From Felis catus (taxonomy: Eukaryota): a stretch of DNA of 64,000 nt. This document shows, in pieces, positions 51,898 through 64,000 of this stretch. The notes beneath the pieces are model-generated. The model had not been told where the DNA came from. It saw only the letters and a list, made by a program, of their open reading frames with translations, and did not search any database. The position numbers and the translations under genes were made by a program. Positions within the stretch are counted from its first letter, which is position 1; each line of letters opens with the position of its first letter. The stretch spans positions 216,506,001 to 216,570,000 of the forward strand of contig NC_058368.1 in assembly GCF_018350175.1 (NCBI RefSeq), written 5' to 3'.

Positions 51898-52127
51898 TTT
51901 TTATTTTTTTTTAATGTTTATTTACTCTTGAGAAAGAGAGAGAGCTCACGTGCGTGCAGATATGCATGCTGGTGAGTGGGGGGAGTGGCAGAAAGAGAGA
52001 AAGGGACAGAGGATCCTAAGTGGGTTCCATGCTGACAGCAGTGAGCTGGATGTGGGGGTCCGACTCAGGAACCATGAGATCATGAGCTGAAGTCATGCAC
52101 TTAACCACTTGGGCCACCCAGGTACCC
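51898..52127 (-). mobile_element. Can-SINE
   Basis: T tail, GA tract, reversed head. Confidence 0.9.
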
Positions 52128-52394
52128 TAGTTGTTAGTTTCTAAATTAAAAGTACAATGTGGCTGACAAAGAGAATGTGAATTTTCTGTCTTCTGACCTC
52201 AAAAATTCCAATGCAGTGTAAGGTTAAGGATAACAGCTGAGAACAGAGACAGCAGTGATACAAGGGTCACTTCTCAGTGATGACATTTTGCGATAGCTAA
52301 TTCATGAGAAGCTTTAAAGTGTGAGGAATTTGAATGGCAGAGTGGTGGAAATGATTGATGAGGATTTAATAGAGAGCTGTGATTAAAAAACAAG

Positions 52395-52582
52395 TATGGA
52401 ATCAGAATGAGTGGGTTTGAAACCCACTTCAACCACTTATGTATTTTGTGACTTTGAGCTTCAGATTATTCATCTGTAAAATGAGAGTAAAAATAATTTA
52501 TATGCCTGTAAAATTGCTATAAAGATACACTGAAATAATATAAGTAAAATAATAGACACACTATCTCAAAAATTATTAGCTA
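52395..52582 (+). mobile_element. MIR
   Basis: ggaatcaga...tgggtttgaaaccca...tgtgactttgagcttcag..tcatctgtaaaatg. Confidence 0.75.
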
Positions 52583-53055
52583 CTCATTTTTTTTTTTTTT
52601 GGATGAGTGAGTGGATCTATAATGACAAGATAAGAAAGTAGAGAGGCTTATAGAGTAGGAAACCAGTAAGGGGTCAGGACATTTTTATTTTTTTAGTTCA
52701 AAAGTAAGTGAAGTGAAGTGGAAGAGGTGAAAGAATAAGTGGCTTTAGTAAAAGAAAAATTAAGTTGTTTAGCATCTGTCATTTAAGATATGGTAAAATT
52801 ATACCTGATCCCAAGGGGTAAAGCATAAAAACCGTTACTAGGAAATGGGAAGTTGTTTGTGAAGATTCTCAGTAAATTCAGGACGTCTTCAACCTCGTAT
52901 TTACCCATTCTTCAACCAGTCTCCATTTGTGTTTTGCTCTTAACACTCTAATGGCTTGGCTTTGTGAAAATCTGATAGCTGTTTTTATTTGATCTAGCAA
53001 CAACAGTCAATACAACTGAATGAACTCTCCTTCCCTTTGAAAACACTCACATCTC

Positions 53056-53272
53056 AGGGCGCCTGGGTGGCTCAGTTGGTTAAGCATCCTACTTTGGCTG
53101 AGGTCATGATCTCACGGCTCGTGGTTTGGAGCCCCACATTGGGCTCTGTGCTGACAGCTTAGAGCCTGGAGCTTGTTGTGGAATCTGTCTCTCTCTCTCT
53201 GTCTCTCTGTCCCTCCCCCGCTCATCCTCTGTCTCTCTTTCTCAAAAATAAAATAAAACATTAAACAAATTA
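53056..53272 (+). mobile_element. Can-SINE
   Basis: TSD AAAA(C/T)ACTCACATCTC. Confidence 0.95.
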
Positions 53273-53359
53273 AAATACTCACATCTCTTGACTGCCTTCA
53301 AGTTCGTAGTCTTGTCTTATAGTCCTCCTACATCCATGGCTTCTCCATCACTATCTTCT

Positions 53360-53594
53360 TTTTTTTTTTTTTTTTTTTTTAATTTTTTTTTCAACATTTA
53401 TTTATTTTTGGGACAGAGAGAGACAGAGCATGAACGGGGGAGGGTCAGAGAGAGAGGGAGACACAGAATCCGAAACAGGCTCCAGGCTCTGAGCCATCAG
53501 CCCAGAGCCCGACGCGGGGCTCGAACTCACGGACCGCGAGATCGTGACCTGGCTGAAGTCGGACGCTTAACCGACTGCGCCACCCAGGCGCCCC
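53360..53594 (-). mobile_element. Young SINEC_Fc-type SINE
   Basis: Long pure T tail, intact CpGs. Perfect TSD CCATCACTATCTTCT at 53345 and 53596. Confidence 0.97.
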
Positions 53595-54517
53595 ACCATC
53601 ACTATCTTCTAAGCAAGTACGGCCTCCTCTAAATCCTGAATTTGGGTATCTTCAACATAGAAATTGTATTTAAGTTGTGAATGTAGTTTACTCAACTTTG
53701 CAGGGAAAAAAAAGTATGAATTGAGAATAGGAAAGCCCAAATCTACATCCTGAGTAAATTTAATCTTCAGAATTGATTAGAATGTAAGACTCTTTCTCTA
53801 TTGATACTGGAGGGCTTGAACTAGTAAGAATAGCCACTTATCTCCATGGCTTCTTTTCTCCCATGGTGGATATACAAAGCATGACTTACGCTTCCCATAG
53901 TCTCCAATCCAGTCCTTACTAAAGAATTCTGAATAAGCCATGTACAGTTTACCTAGATTTCATTAGCCTTAAACTTCTAGCATTATTCTTTTCAAGCCCT
54001 CGACCCTCTGGCCAAGTTTTCCACCACAGCACAGAAGATAAGAGTATTTCCGTATCTCAGGCCACCTTTCTTTCCATACATACTAAACGACCAGGTGTAT
54101 CGTTTGAATTCTGCCTAATAGTACTATTTCTCATCACTAGTGCCTTCGAGGTCAACCAGGGAGAGAGGTGGGCACTGTAATGAGATAACTGTCCATTTTC
54201 CATAGTGACAGCAGACCATACCAAACTTTTAACCAGGCGTAAGTCTTTCTCATCTCTCTCTATACAACCTCTGGTTGTAGGGAACCATTTATAACTCACC
54301 TTGTGTTTATAGTGGTTGGGAGCTCAAAGTATAACAAAGTATTTCATCAGTTAGGAGAATTTCCTGGGATGTTACACAACACTACACCCAAATAAACATC
54401 ACAAATATGGCAGATAAGTGAATTTTTTAATGTTCTATCTCTCACTTTCTGGTGTGACTGTGTCTTACTAGATAAGAGTACATCCTATTTACTGCTTCCC
54501 TGTTCTAATTAGCATGA

Positions 54518-54528
54518 TTTTTTTTTTT

Positions 54529-54567
<39 letters not shown>

Positions 54568-54690
54568 CTTAGGTAGGCTCCATGCTCAGCATGGAGCCCA
54601 AATTGGGGCTTGAATCCATGACCCTGGGGTCATGACCTGAGCTGAAATCAAGAGTCAGATGCTCAACTGACAGAGCCATCCAGGCATTCC
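54518..54690 (-). mobile_element. Can-SINE
   Basis: T run, (GA)n, reversed head. TSD AGCATGA. Confidence 0.92.
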
Positions 54691-54759
54691 AGCATGAGAC
54701 CATTAATATAATGGCTCAACATGTTGTTTTTGGAATATCAAGATGGTCAAGGTCCTTGT

Positions 54760-55300
54760 GAACTATATTATTACAGAAAGCAGGAGAGCTAACATACTCC
54801 TGTGACAAGACAGTTAAAGGTTTGAGAACTAATTGATAGAAGCCCTTATCAACAGTGGTACCCCTCAAGAGGATAAAGCTATCACTCCATCACATAGACA
54901 AATGAGAATCAAAGTGCTGGCCAAAGATGAGTGAAACCTAAAATGAATGGTGAAAGAAACAGAAGATAAATATTGACTTTGATTTTCAGATGCCTGTAGC
55001 ACCAAGAACTATATCTGAAGATATTCAAATTGACTGTTACTTTGAAGTATTGTACTTGTTCTTTTCTTGAGAAAGAAGTAAGGACTTCTTCTTGTAATAA
55101 CAGATTTGTATACATGCTATTTAATTGTCACGAAGGGTAAACTGTTACAGAATGAGTTAATGTACACTCATAGTTACCTGGGTCTCATTCATTTCCCTTG
55201 ATCAGGGTGGAAGGAATAATTGTAGAGCCCTGGATTCAGTGACAGCACCTCATCTCTGAATACCATAAGTGTCTCTCACGGTAGCCATGGGGCCAGGGAT
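54760..55300 (+). mobile_element. Probable ERV-L internal 3' region (may extend left to ~53820)
   Basis: gtgctggccaaagatgagtgaaacctaaaatgaatggtgaaagaa resembles the recalled ERV-L integrase C-terminal region. A purine-rich tract precedes the LTR. Confidence 0.45.
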
Positions 55301-55736
55301 GGTTATTAGGTGTGACCGCTATTGTGCCCTCCAGGGCATGAGCTGCACCTGCTTTAGCATCCAGTTTGACTGAGTTGGACTTAAGGTCAACTGGAGATTT
55401 CTGCCTTCCCGGTGGCCCAGTTCAGGTGAATTAATGCCTTACAAATGTTTTAATTAATAAGAGGCAAGAGATGGGAAGCAACCAGCAGAGAAATGTCTTC
55501 CTTTTCTTACATCAAGGAATTGGTCTGACATCAGTGTTTCTGAATAATCTCATGGAGATGTCCCACAGCTGAGAAATCATCTTTGTTTTCTTTGAAATTA
55601 TGCTCAGTAGGGCAAGACACATTTTATCTCCTATTCCACTTTTCCCACACTTGTTTGCATTTGACTTTCTCCAATATACATTGAGGATGTAAGATTCACC
55701 TCATGCTCTGCTTTTGAGGAAACCCGGGCTACAACA
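55301..55736 (+). mobile_element. ERV-L LTR, LTR16-like
   Basis: Ends cctcatgctctgcttttgaggaaacccgggctacaaca, like LTR16-family 3' termini. Confidence 0.55.
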
Positions 55737-57689
55737 ACATGTATAGGACAGGTAGATAAGATAAAGTGGAGGGTAGAGTAGAAGATGATTTAAGCATTTC
55801 ACAATCCTATGATTGCCCAGAATTTATACCTTTAGTTAATTACACTTATAGTTTAACCCTCACAGTATCATTGAGACTCTAGAAACCCAGAAAGCAGTAC
55901 CCCAGAAAGCAGAACTATCAGTCCTTACCACAGGAAAGACTTTACAAGTATGTTTTCCAAAGAGAGTTTTTCCAGTATGAACAGATGCAACAAATTAATT
56001 TTTTCCTTGCAAAGCTATAAAAATATTGCAAACAACCTGTCAGTTACGACCTTTAAAATGATATTGGCCTTTTAATCTCATAATGGTGAAAATGCAATAA
56101 AGTGTGGCCACACATAAATTGTATTTCGAAGTCCCCCACAAGATTGGATAAAATAAGAAGCAGAAAGAGGCAGGGTTGTTCAGGGCAGTCACATTCCGGG
56201 AGTGTATGGAACAATTCTTTATTTTTCACATCCAGAAAAGAAACATGTGCGTGTGAGAATCTTGCTGCTGTAGGTTGTATAACTAGGTTTCTTTACACCA
56301 TATGCGGCAACACTGAACTCAGTTTACCCTAATGTTAGAATGAGTTCGAAGAGAAAGATATATTATAATAAGAAATATATGAGTAGGTGAAAAGTGGGTA
56401 TTTAAAGACAACTCTGTATCACAATGAAGTTTATGTACCAATGCTAATGACAAAGGGGCATAAGAGAGGCCCTTTTATGCTAAATTAAAGAAAAGATGTA
56501 TATTAGAGACAGACTCTTGTTAATGCTTTCACAGAGGATTGACACAGTGAGCTCTCCTTTAAGAGAATGCCTATATTATAGATAATACCCTAATTAGATC
56601 CCTATGTTTCTCTGATAAGTCACCATACCTGTTTTCCTCAACTTCTTTTGTCAAGGATAGAGACTATTGAACCTCCTTTTTGAGCTACTGAACCTCCTTT
56701 ATATGGTTCCAGGACCATGACTCTGAGTGCTTAATCAAGTACTTAGTTACTTTTGGGAGGTAGAAAAGCTGTGTGTTGATGTGGAGGGTACTTATATCCT
56801 CTTTCTGCCAGTCCTTTAGAGTTAAACGTCCAATGAAAGTCATGTTCTAACCCACAAGTACATCCTCTAGCCTAAATGACTATATTCATAGATCTTTTAA
56901 CTGATGAGTCAAGAGAATTTTTAAGAAGTTTACTAAGAAACTTTAGAGTAGGAGACCTGAAGTCAATAGGATATGTGGTGTAGATTCTTTTCTGAATGGA
57001 CAGGTAGGTAAGGGCAACACACTTTGAACTCCAGGCAGTGTTAGATCATGATAAAGAAATAGGAGAGCCAAGCAAACTTGTAGGGTTACCCACTAATGAA
57101 AAGCCAAATAATATTAGCAGACTAATGTGATAGTGATTAACTTCTTTACTCCTTATAAAGATGACAAACTAATTTAGGCCCACTCTCACCTAAGAGAATA
57201 TGCCATTAAAAAAATTAACACTCTTTTCTGGGTCTTTTCTCTCCTTGAAGTTCCCAGGTTAGAGCTGAACTTGTTGAGCTCAAGTTCAAGCTGAACTTGA
57301 GTCTGAGACCGGCTGCTAATAGAAAAGAGGAACCACTGGGCACAATCATCTTTAATTCCAAACTAACCTAACAAGATGAATGGTGTATGTGACTATTTAA
57401 ATTTAAACCCTTACCGTGTTTTCAAGAAAAATGTATCAAATGAACTGCAAAGAAAAGTGAAAAGAAAATAGTAGCTTCAGTCAAGTGAAAAACATTTCCT
57501 TCATGTGTTAAGTATGATTACACAAAACAAAAGAAAAGCAACAAAAAATTTCAAACTTACGCCTAGAACAAAACTTGGAACATATCTAGGTATGTTACCT
57601 CTAACTTTAATGAGAATGAGTGCTTTCTGACTCACACTTTCCATTTATCAATAATAGATAAATGTAAAGTGACAGGCAGTACCAAATAA

Positions 57690-57930
57690 GCAAACATGCT
57701 ATAAAAATGAGTAAAATAGAGCTACTTCTTTTGCTTTGTAATACCCAACACTGAGAGACTAAGTGATTCACATGAATTAGTACATTCAGTCTTATTGTTG
57801 TTTCTGTATTATAGATGAGGAAATCAAAGACCAGAGAGTTCAAGTGATTTGTTCAAGGCCATACAACTAGAAAGTGGCAGTCAGGAGTTGCACCAGAATC
57901 TTGGACTTTAACCACTAAACAATAATGTCT
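57690..57930 (-). mobile_element. MIR
   Basis: Core attatagatgaggaaatcaaagaccagagagttcaagtgatttgttcaaggccatacaactagaaagtggcag. Confidence 0.85.
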
Positions 57931-58029
57931 CTTCCAGGGTTGTGAAGGTACTAGACGTATATAAGTCAAATGTTTAATAATATTAAATATATCTTAGGCA
58001 AGGTAGAGTAAATATGTGGAGTCTGTATA

Positions 58030-58229
58030 TTTTTTTTTGTTTATTTATTTATTTTGAGAGAGTGAGCAAAGGAGGGGCAGAGAGAGAGAAGAAGAGAGAG
58101 AATCCCAAGCAGGCTCTATGCTACCGGCACAGAGCCTGATGTGAGGCTCCATCTCATGAACTGTGAGATCATGACCGGAGCCAAAATCAAGAGTCACATA
58201 CTTAACCTACTGGGCCACTCAAGTGCCCC
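58030..58229 (-). mobile_element. Can-SINE
   Basis: TSD TGGAGTCT(G/A)TAT. Confidence 0.93.
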
Positions 58230-58405
58230 TGGAGTCTATATTTTTTGAGAGTCCATATTAACTTTACCCAGGTAAACAGAAGTTTTGAAACCAAGATCGT
58301 TAAGTTACTAATTTATTTTGGTTTTGATATTATTATTACCTAATACAACACTTTTGGGGAAAAAACCCTCTATGTTTCTCTTTCAGGATTCCCATTGTTA
58401 GAAAA

Positions 58406-58498
58406 CAAAAGAAAAGAAAGAAAAGAAAAGAAAAGAAAAGAAAAGAAAAGAAAAGAAAAGAAAAGAAAGAAAAGAAAAGAAAAAAAAAGAAGAGAAAG
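58406..58498. repeat. (GAAAA)n pentanucleotide microsatellite
   Basis: Directly visible. Confidence 0.95.
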
Positions 58499-58666
58499 AT
58501 AAATAGCACGTAAATAATTATACCTTTTCTATTTTTAAACGCAAAATAAAAACAAAATCATGTAAATCATATGGATGGATTGTAATATAGATGTGAAGGG
58601 AAAGGTTGATTTGGACCTTTAATTATTTTGGATATGACAGGAACGAGTTTATTAAACAATGATTAT

Positions 58667-59027
58667 GGGGGTGCCCTATTGGCTCAGTCCATTAAGTGTC
58701 TGCCTCTTGATTTTGGCTCAGGTCATGGTTCCAGGGTTGAGTGTAGAGCCTGCTTGACATTCTCTTTCCTCTGCCCCACCCCTCCGCTTCCGTCTCTTTC
58801 TTTCTTTCTTTCTTTAATGTTTATTTATTTTTGAGAGAGACAGAGACAGAATGCGAGTGGGTTAGGGGCAGACAGAGACACACAGAACTGTAAGCAGTCT
58901 CCAGGCCCAAGCTGTCAGCAGAGAGCCCGACGAGGGGCTGGAGCTCAGGAGCTGTGAGATCATGACCTGAGCGGAAGTTGGACGCTCAACCGACTAAGAG
59001 ACCCAGGAGCCCGTCCCTCTCTTTCTT

Positions 59028-59070
<43 letters not shown>
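58667..59070 (+). mobile_element. Diverged Can-SINE split by an antisense SINE; ends in A39
   Basis: Head at 58667-58790. The CT tract resumes at 59013, then poly(A) at 59032-59070. Confidence 0.8.
58801..59012 (-). mobile_element. Can-SINE nested in the CT tract of another SINE
   Basis: Flanked on both sides by CCGTC..CTCTTTCTTTCT. Confidence 0.9.
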
Positions 59071-59071
<1 letters not shown>

Positions 59072-60684
59072 CCATTTAGTTAAGCAACTGTTACTCAGTA
59101 TTACTGTTTCCCTTTCTGGTCCAATAACAATGCTAAGTTACTAGTGTTCTGGACAGACACGACTTCTGTATCACAAAAATGGGTTCTATATAAAGGTATG
59201 CCGTTTCTCCTATCACTGGGGAAGAGCGTTATGTTGAAAATTAACTTCATAAAGTTCATGGGAAATAACAGACCATTGGGAATCTTCATCATAAATTATG
59301 TGCTTACATTAAAACGAAACAAAAAATAGACCTTTGCAAAGAGACTTTTGCTTCAATTTATTAAATATTATCACTTAGAGAAATTATGTGCCTGCTACAA
59401 TAATTAAGATAAATATTCACAAAAGATTATAAATATGCATTTTGATATTTATAAATAGAAGGCAAAGTAAATTGGGTGAAACAGAGAATATGAACACCAC
59501 GGCAAATGCAGCAAATATTAACTGACATTTTCCAAGGGAATAATAATAATAATCTAATCATACTTGAAAAATTGGTTCCCTAAAACACAGAAATTAGTTA
59601 AAGCATTTAACAATTTTGTATAGGTTAAGAGGAAAAGACCTTTTAACTGTCGTAAAATAGTCTCTTTCTCTCTCTCCCTGTCTCTCTCTCTCTTTCTCTC
59701 TGATATTCCTATCTAATTAGGAGACATCTTAGAATCTTTGTGTCATCTCTCAGGAATATACATAATGTGGTGCTGACAGCTAGAGTCTAATGTGAGAAAC
59801 AGAGAGGCCTGAAAAACGAAGATTTCCCCTGAGAGCTAACATTTTCAGAACAAATTGGGCAGCTGACAAATAATCTCCAGATCTCAGAAGATAGTTAAAA
59901 TCGGGGGTATCAGGATGATCAGAGTAAACAGTTACCAAAGATATACTCAGAACCCAAACATTTGTTGTGACTCTGCTCTAAGAACTCTTGGGTAATTTTT
60001 TTTTAAATCACTGTTTGCAGATCTTGCTGAGTTTTCTGAATTTTACTGCTGAGTAGATCCAAGCACTTTTTCATGGAATAATACAGTTTTCTAAAGTAGA
60101 TTTAAATATGAATGAACAAAAATATTCCAATCCAAGATCAAAAAAGAAAGAATGGGTGTGATTTGAATCAAATCCATGTGTTCTTTAGTACATAGCTTGC
60201 ATAATATATATATGTTATATATGTATATGTGTATATATATTGTATATATATTTCAGATTGCTTCTTATTTATAGATTTTTTGTTTTATTTCACAGAATTC
60301 CAGCAGCAACCACTCTTCTCTTTATCAATAAATATTTTCCATTAAATTGGAGAAATAATGATGAAATTTTTAAAACAATCTTACTTGTATACTGATGAAA
60401 TTTTTAAAACAGTCTTATTTGTATACATGTTCCCTACTCTTCAAAAAAGGAGTCTGCCTTTTCCCACTTACATTATATACTCAACTTGAAGGACAAAACT
60501 GAGAAAAAGTATTGAGAAGAAATATTTAAGAATATTTATAAGATTTCTAGTAATCTTGGTATTCTTATAAAAATACATTTTTATACTTGAGTGACGTAGC
60601 TTGAAATGTTACTCATATGAAATATGATGAGAATTGGAGTGTTGTTATATTCACTCTAGGACATCACACTTAAAAAGTGGAGAA

Positions 60685-60925
60685 GCAGCATATAGAGTAA
60701 TTGTTAAGAACAGAAATTAGGGACAATCTATTTGGGTTAAATTAATAGGTCTGCCTATTACTTGCTGTGTTTCCTTGAGAAGTTATTTAACCCTTACAGG
60801 TCTTTGTTCATCTATAAAATGGAGATAATACCTCTATTATCTGTTGTCAGGACTAGATAAATTAATACATAAGAAATAAAATGTGGTCTGACCCATATTA
60901 AAGCAGGGTATGTTAGTGATTAGAA
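60685..60925 (+). mobile_element. MIR
   Basis: gcagcata...gttaagaacag...tgggttaaa...acttgctgtgtttccttgagaagttatttaacc...catctataaaatggagataata. Confidence 0.8.
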
Positions 60926-61599
60926 TTAGTCTGTGTTCCTATCCTGTGATAAAATTTTTAATTTTGTATGTAATTTCTTAGGGGCATTTTATAACAATTA
61001 GAATCCACAAGAAGAAAACAAACAAACACCCAAAAGTTTTTCACAGTTATTTTCACTTTTTCAACATGCTTATGTATTTCTTCCTTTGACTAATTGGCAT
61101 TCTACAAGTGATTGTCCCACTTTACCCAAATACCCGTCTACTGATATTGCCCCCTCAAAATTTACCTCAGATGCTTGCTTCTTCACCAAAAACCTTACTA
61201 AACCCCCTGATAGTAATGTATCGCTGTCTTCAGTCTCATAACAATGATCTCTTCCATTGTAGCCAAGATTCCATTCTACTTGCCTTTCTGCATTGTCACC
61301 AGACCTTAAATAGCTAGCCTTTGTACTCCTGAGCTTTGAGTTAACTCATTCCTCATCACACGTATGGCGGGAACTTTTTCTATATTGCTTCACAGATAAT
61401 TTTAAATTATAAAACTAATGCTTTTAGCTTATTCAACATATCTTAATAATACCTTGTATGTATATTGATATAGTTACTTACATAATGTATTTTAGACATT
61501 TAAATTCAATAATTTTCTAACTATTTTTATTTGTGGATATGTAAACAAACATGTCATTGCTCTATTTTCTAATTTTAACTTTAGGAAAAAAAAAATTAC

Positions 61600-61832
61600 G
61601 GGGCCCCTGGGTGGCTCAGTCAGTCAAGCATCCAAATTCAGCTGAGGTCATGATCTCACGGGCTCGTGGTTTCGAGCCCAGTGTTGGGCTCTGTGCTGTT
61701 AGCTCAGAGCCTGGAGCCTGATTCAGATTCTGATTCAGATTCTGTGTCTCCTCTCTCTACCTTTCCTCTGCTCACGCTCTTTCTCTCAATCTCTCAAAAA
61801 TAAATAAACATTAAAAAATTAAATTAAAAAAA
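61600..61832 (+). mobile_element. Can-SINE with an internal 12-bp tandem duplication (TGATTCAGATTC)
   Basis: Full structure visible. Confidence 0.94.
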
Positions 61833-62009
61833 AGATATTACTTTTTCTCTTTATTTACTAATGGTTTTAGAATATTTCAAAATTTATTTTTCTCACACAT
61901 TGTTCAACCGTAATATTAAATAGTGTAAATTATATCAATATAACTAGGTTGCTATAACTTACTTATTTATTAACAAGAATACAATGCACTGGCCAGGAGG
62001 TGGTATCAT

Positions 62010-63673
62010 TAAAATCGATAAACTTCTAGCCAGACTCATCAAAAAGAAAGAAAGAGAGAGAGAGGATTCAATACACAAAATCAGAAATGAAAAAGGGGAA
62101 GTAACAACCTAGAAGAAATGGATAAATTTATAGGAATATATAACCTACCAAAGCTAAAACAGGAAGAAATAGAAAATTTGAACAGATTGATTAACAGCAA
62201 TAAAATTGAATCAGTAATAAAAAAACTCCCAACAGTTCACAGCTGAATTCCACCAAACATTTAAAGAATAAATACCTATTCTTCTCGGACTTTTTCAAAA
62301 AATAGAAAAGGAAAGAAAACTTCCAAATTCATTCTGTGAGGCCACCATTACCTTGTTTCCAGAACCAGATAAAGACACCACTGAGAAAGAGAGCTACAGA
62401 CCAATATCTCTAATGAACATAGATACAAAAATTCTCAACAAAACACTAGCAAACTGAATACAATAATACATTAAAAAATTGGGGTGCCTGGGTGGCTCAG
62501 TTGGTTGAGCGTCCGACTTCAGCTCAGGTCATGATCTCACAGCTCGTGAGTTCAAGCCCCAAATCGGGCTCTGTGCTGACAGCTCGGAACCTGGAGCCTG
62601 CTTCGGATTCTGTGTCTCCCTCTCTCTCTGCCCCTAACCGACTCACATTCTGTCTCTGTCTCTGTCTCTCTCAAAAGTAAATAAACATTAAAAAAAATAT
62701 TCCCCATCATCAAGCGGGCTTTATTCCTGGGATACAAGGGTGGTTCAATATTTGCAAATCAATCATGATACATCACATCAACAAAAGAAAGGATAAAAAC
62801 CATATGATCATTTCAATAGATACAGAAAAAGCATTTGACAAAGAATAACACCCATTCATAATAAAAACCTTCAACAAAGTAGGTTTACAGAGAACATACC
62901 TCAACATAATAAAGACCCACAATGAAAAACACACAGCTAACATGAAAATGGGGAAAAACTGAGAGCTTTCCCCTTAAGATCAGGAAGGAGACACTATTGT
63001 CCACTCTCACCACTTTTATTCAACATAATACTGGAAGTCCTAGTCTTGTCCAGCAAGTGGACAAGAGAAAGGAATGAAAGGCATCCATATTGGTAAGGAA
63101 GAAGTCAGACTTTCACTATGTGCAGATGACATGATACTATATATAGAAAACCCTAAAGACTCCAACAAAAAACCACTAGGACTGATAACCAAATTCAGTA
63201 AGGTCTCAGGATCCAAAATCAATGTACAGAAATCAGTTACATTTCTACACACCAATAAGGAAGCAGCACAAAGAGAAATTAATAAAACAATCCCATATAC
63301 AAATGCACCAAAAATAGTAAAATATCTAGGAATAAACTTAACCAAAAAGATGAAAGATCTGTACTCTGAAATTATAAAACACTGATGAAAGAAATTGAAG
63401 GCAACATGGAAAGACATTCCATGCTCATGTTTTGGAAGAACAAATATTGTTAAAATGTCTGTACTACCCAAAGCAGTCTACATATTTACTGCAATCCCTG
63501 TCAAAATGCCAACAGCATTTTTCACAGCCCTGGAATACACGATCTTAAAATTTGTATAGAACCACAACGGACCCCACATACCCAAAGCAATCTTGAAAAA
63601 CAAAAGTGGAGATATCACAATTCCAGACTTCAATTTATATTGCAAAGCTGCAGTGATCAAAAAAGTATGGTAC
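62010..63673 (+). mobile_element. Carnivore LINE-1 ORF2 internal fragment (RT region), truncated at both ends
   Basis: ORF 63074-63385 = [28 protein letters not shown]...KYLGINLTK (L1 RT core). Frameshifts and deletions elsewhere. Confidence 0.93.
62481..62697 (+). mobile_element. Can-SINE nested in L1
   Basis: Full structure. L1 sequence continues on both sides. Confidence 0.95.
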
Positions 63674-64000
63674 GTTTTAAGTGCTGATGAGTTCTCACAC
63701 AAGACCAATAGTTTGGGATAACATTCAGTCAAGAGTAATTTCCATGGAAGTATAGGAGATGCTTTGGGAAGTGAAATCACTCTATACTTAAAGGTATGGG
63801 GAAAAAGGACTCAATTTTTAAGTGCCATGGGAAGAGATACCCTGCACTTATACACACAGTTACCTCATACTTCAACAGCAAGATTTGTTGCAATGGAAAC
63901 ATTCTCTTTCCTAAGTTGAAGAGCCCCAAATAGTACCGTAGCCTACATTAAACATAAGTGCCCCTTTCCTTTACGGAACTCTGGTCTACTCAAGTCATTG

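Noticed and set aside
1..64000. A novel multi-gene system, operon or CRISPR array
   Set aside because: The window is mammalian repeat-rich DNA with no regularly spaced repeat-spacer array and no ORF with recognisable non-transposon protein character.

Overview
This is AT-rich mammalian genomic DNA from a felid (cat family), judged by about 38 tRNA-derived Can-SINEs, including the cat-type SINEC_Fc form, and by carnivore/felid LINE-1 3' ends. I find no supportable cellular protein-coding gene, RNA gene or prokaryote-type system. It reads as intergenic or deep-intronic sequence made of SINEs, LINE-1 fragments of several ages, MIR/L2/MER5 relics, ERV1/MaLR/ERV-L LTRs, a decayed ERV-L pol segment and microsatellites. 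The only ORFs with real protein homology are LINE-1 ORF2 fragments. The most interesting signals are mechanistic scars: (1) a perfect 36-bp copy of sequence from 1.7 kb upstream pasted into an L1 between 13-bp direct repeats; (2) a SINE apparently carrying a 58-bp 3' transduction; (3) a 5'-inverted (twin-primed) L1 with a nested younger L1 and a target site present three times; (4) an orphan CpG-rich L1 5'UTR/ORF1 fragment; (5) abutting inverted SINE pairs. Repeat subfamily names come from recalled consensus motifs, not a database search, and boundaries of old repeats are approximate.
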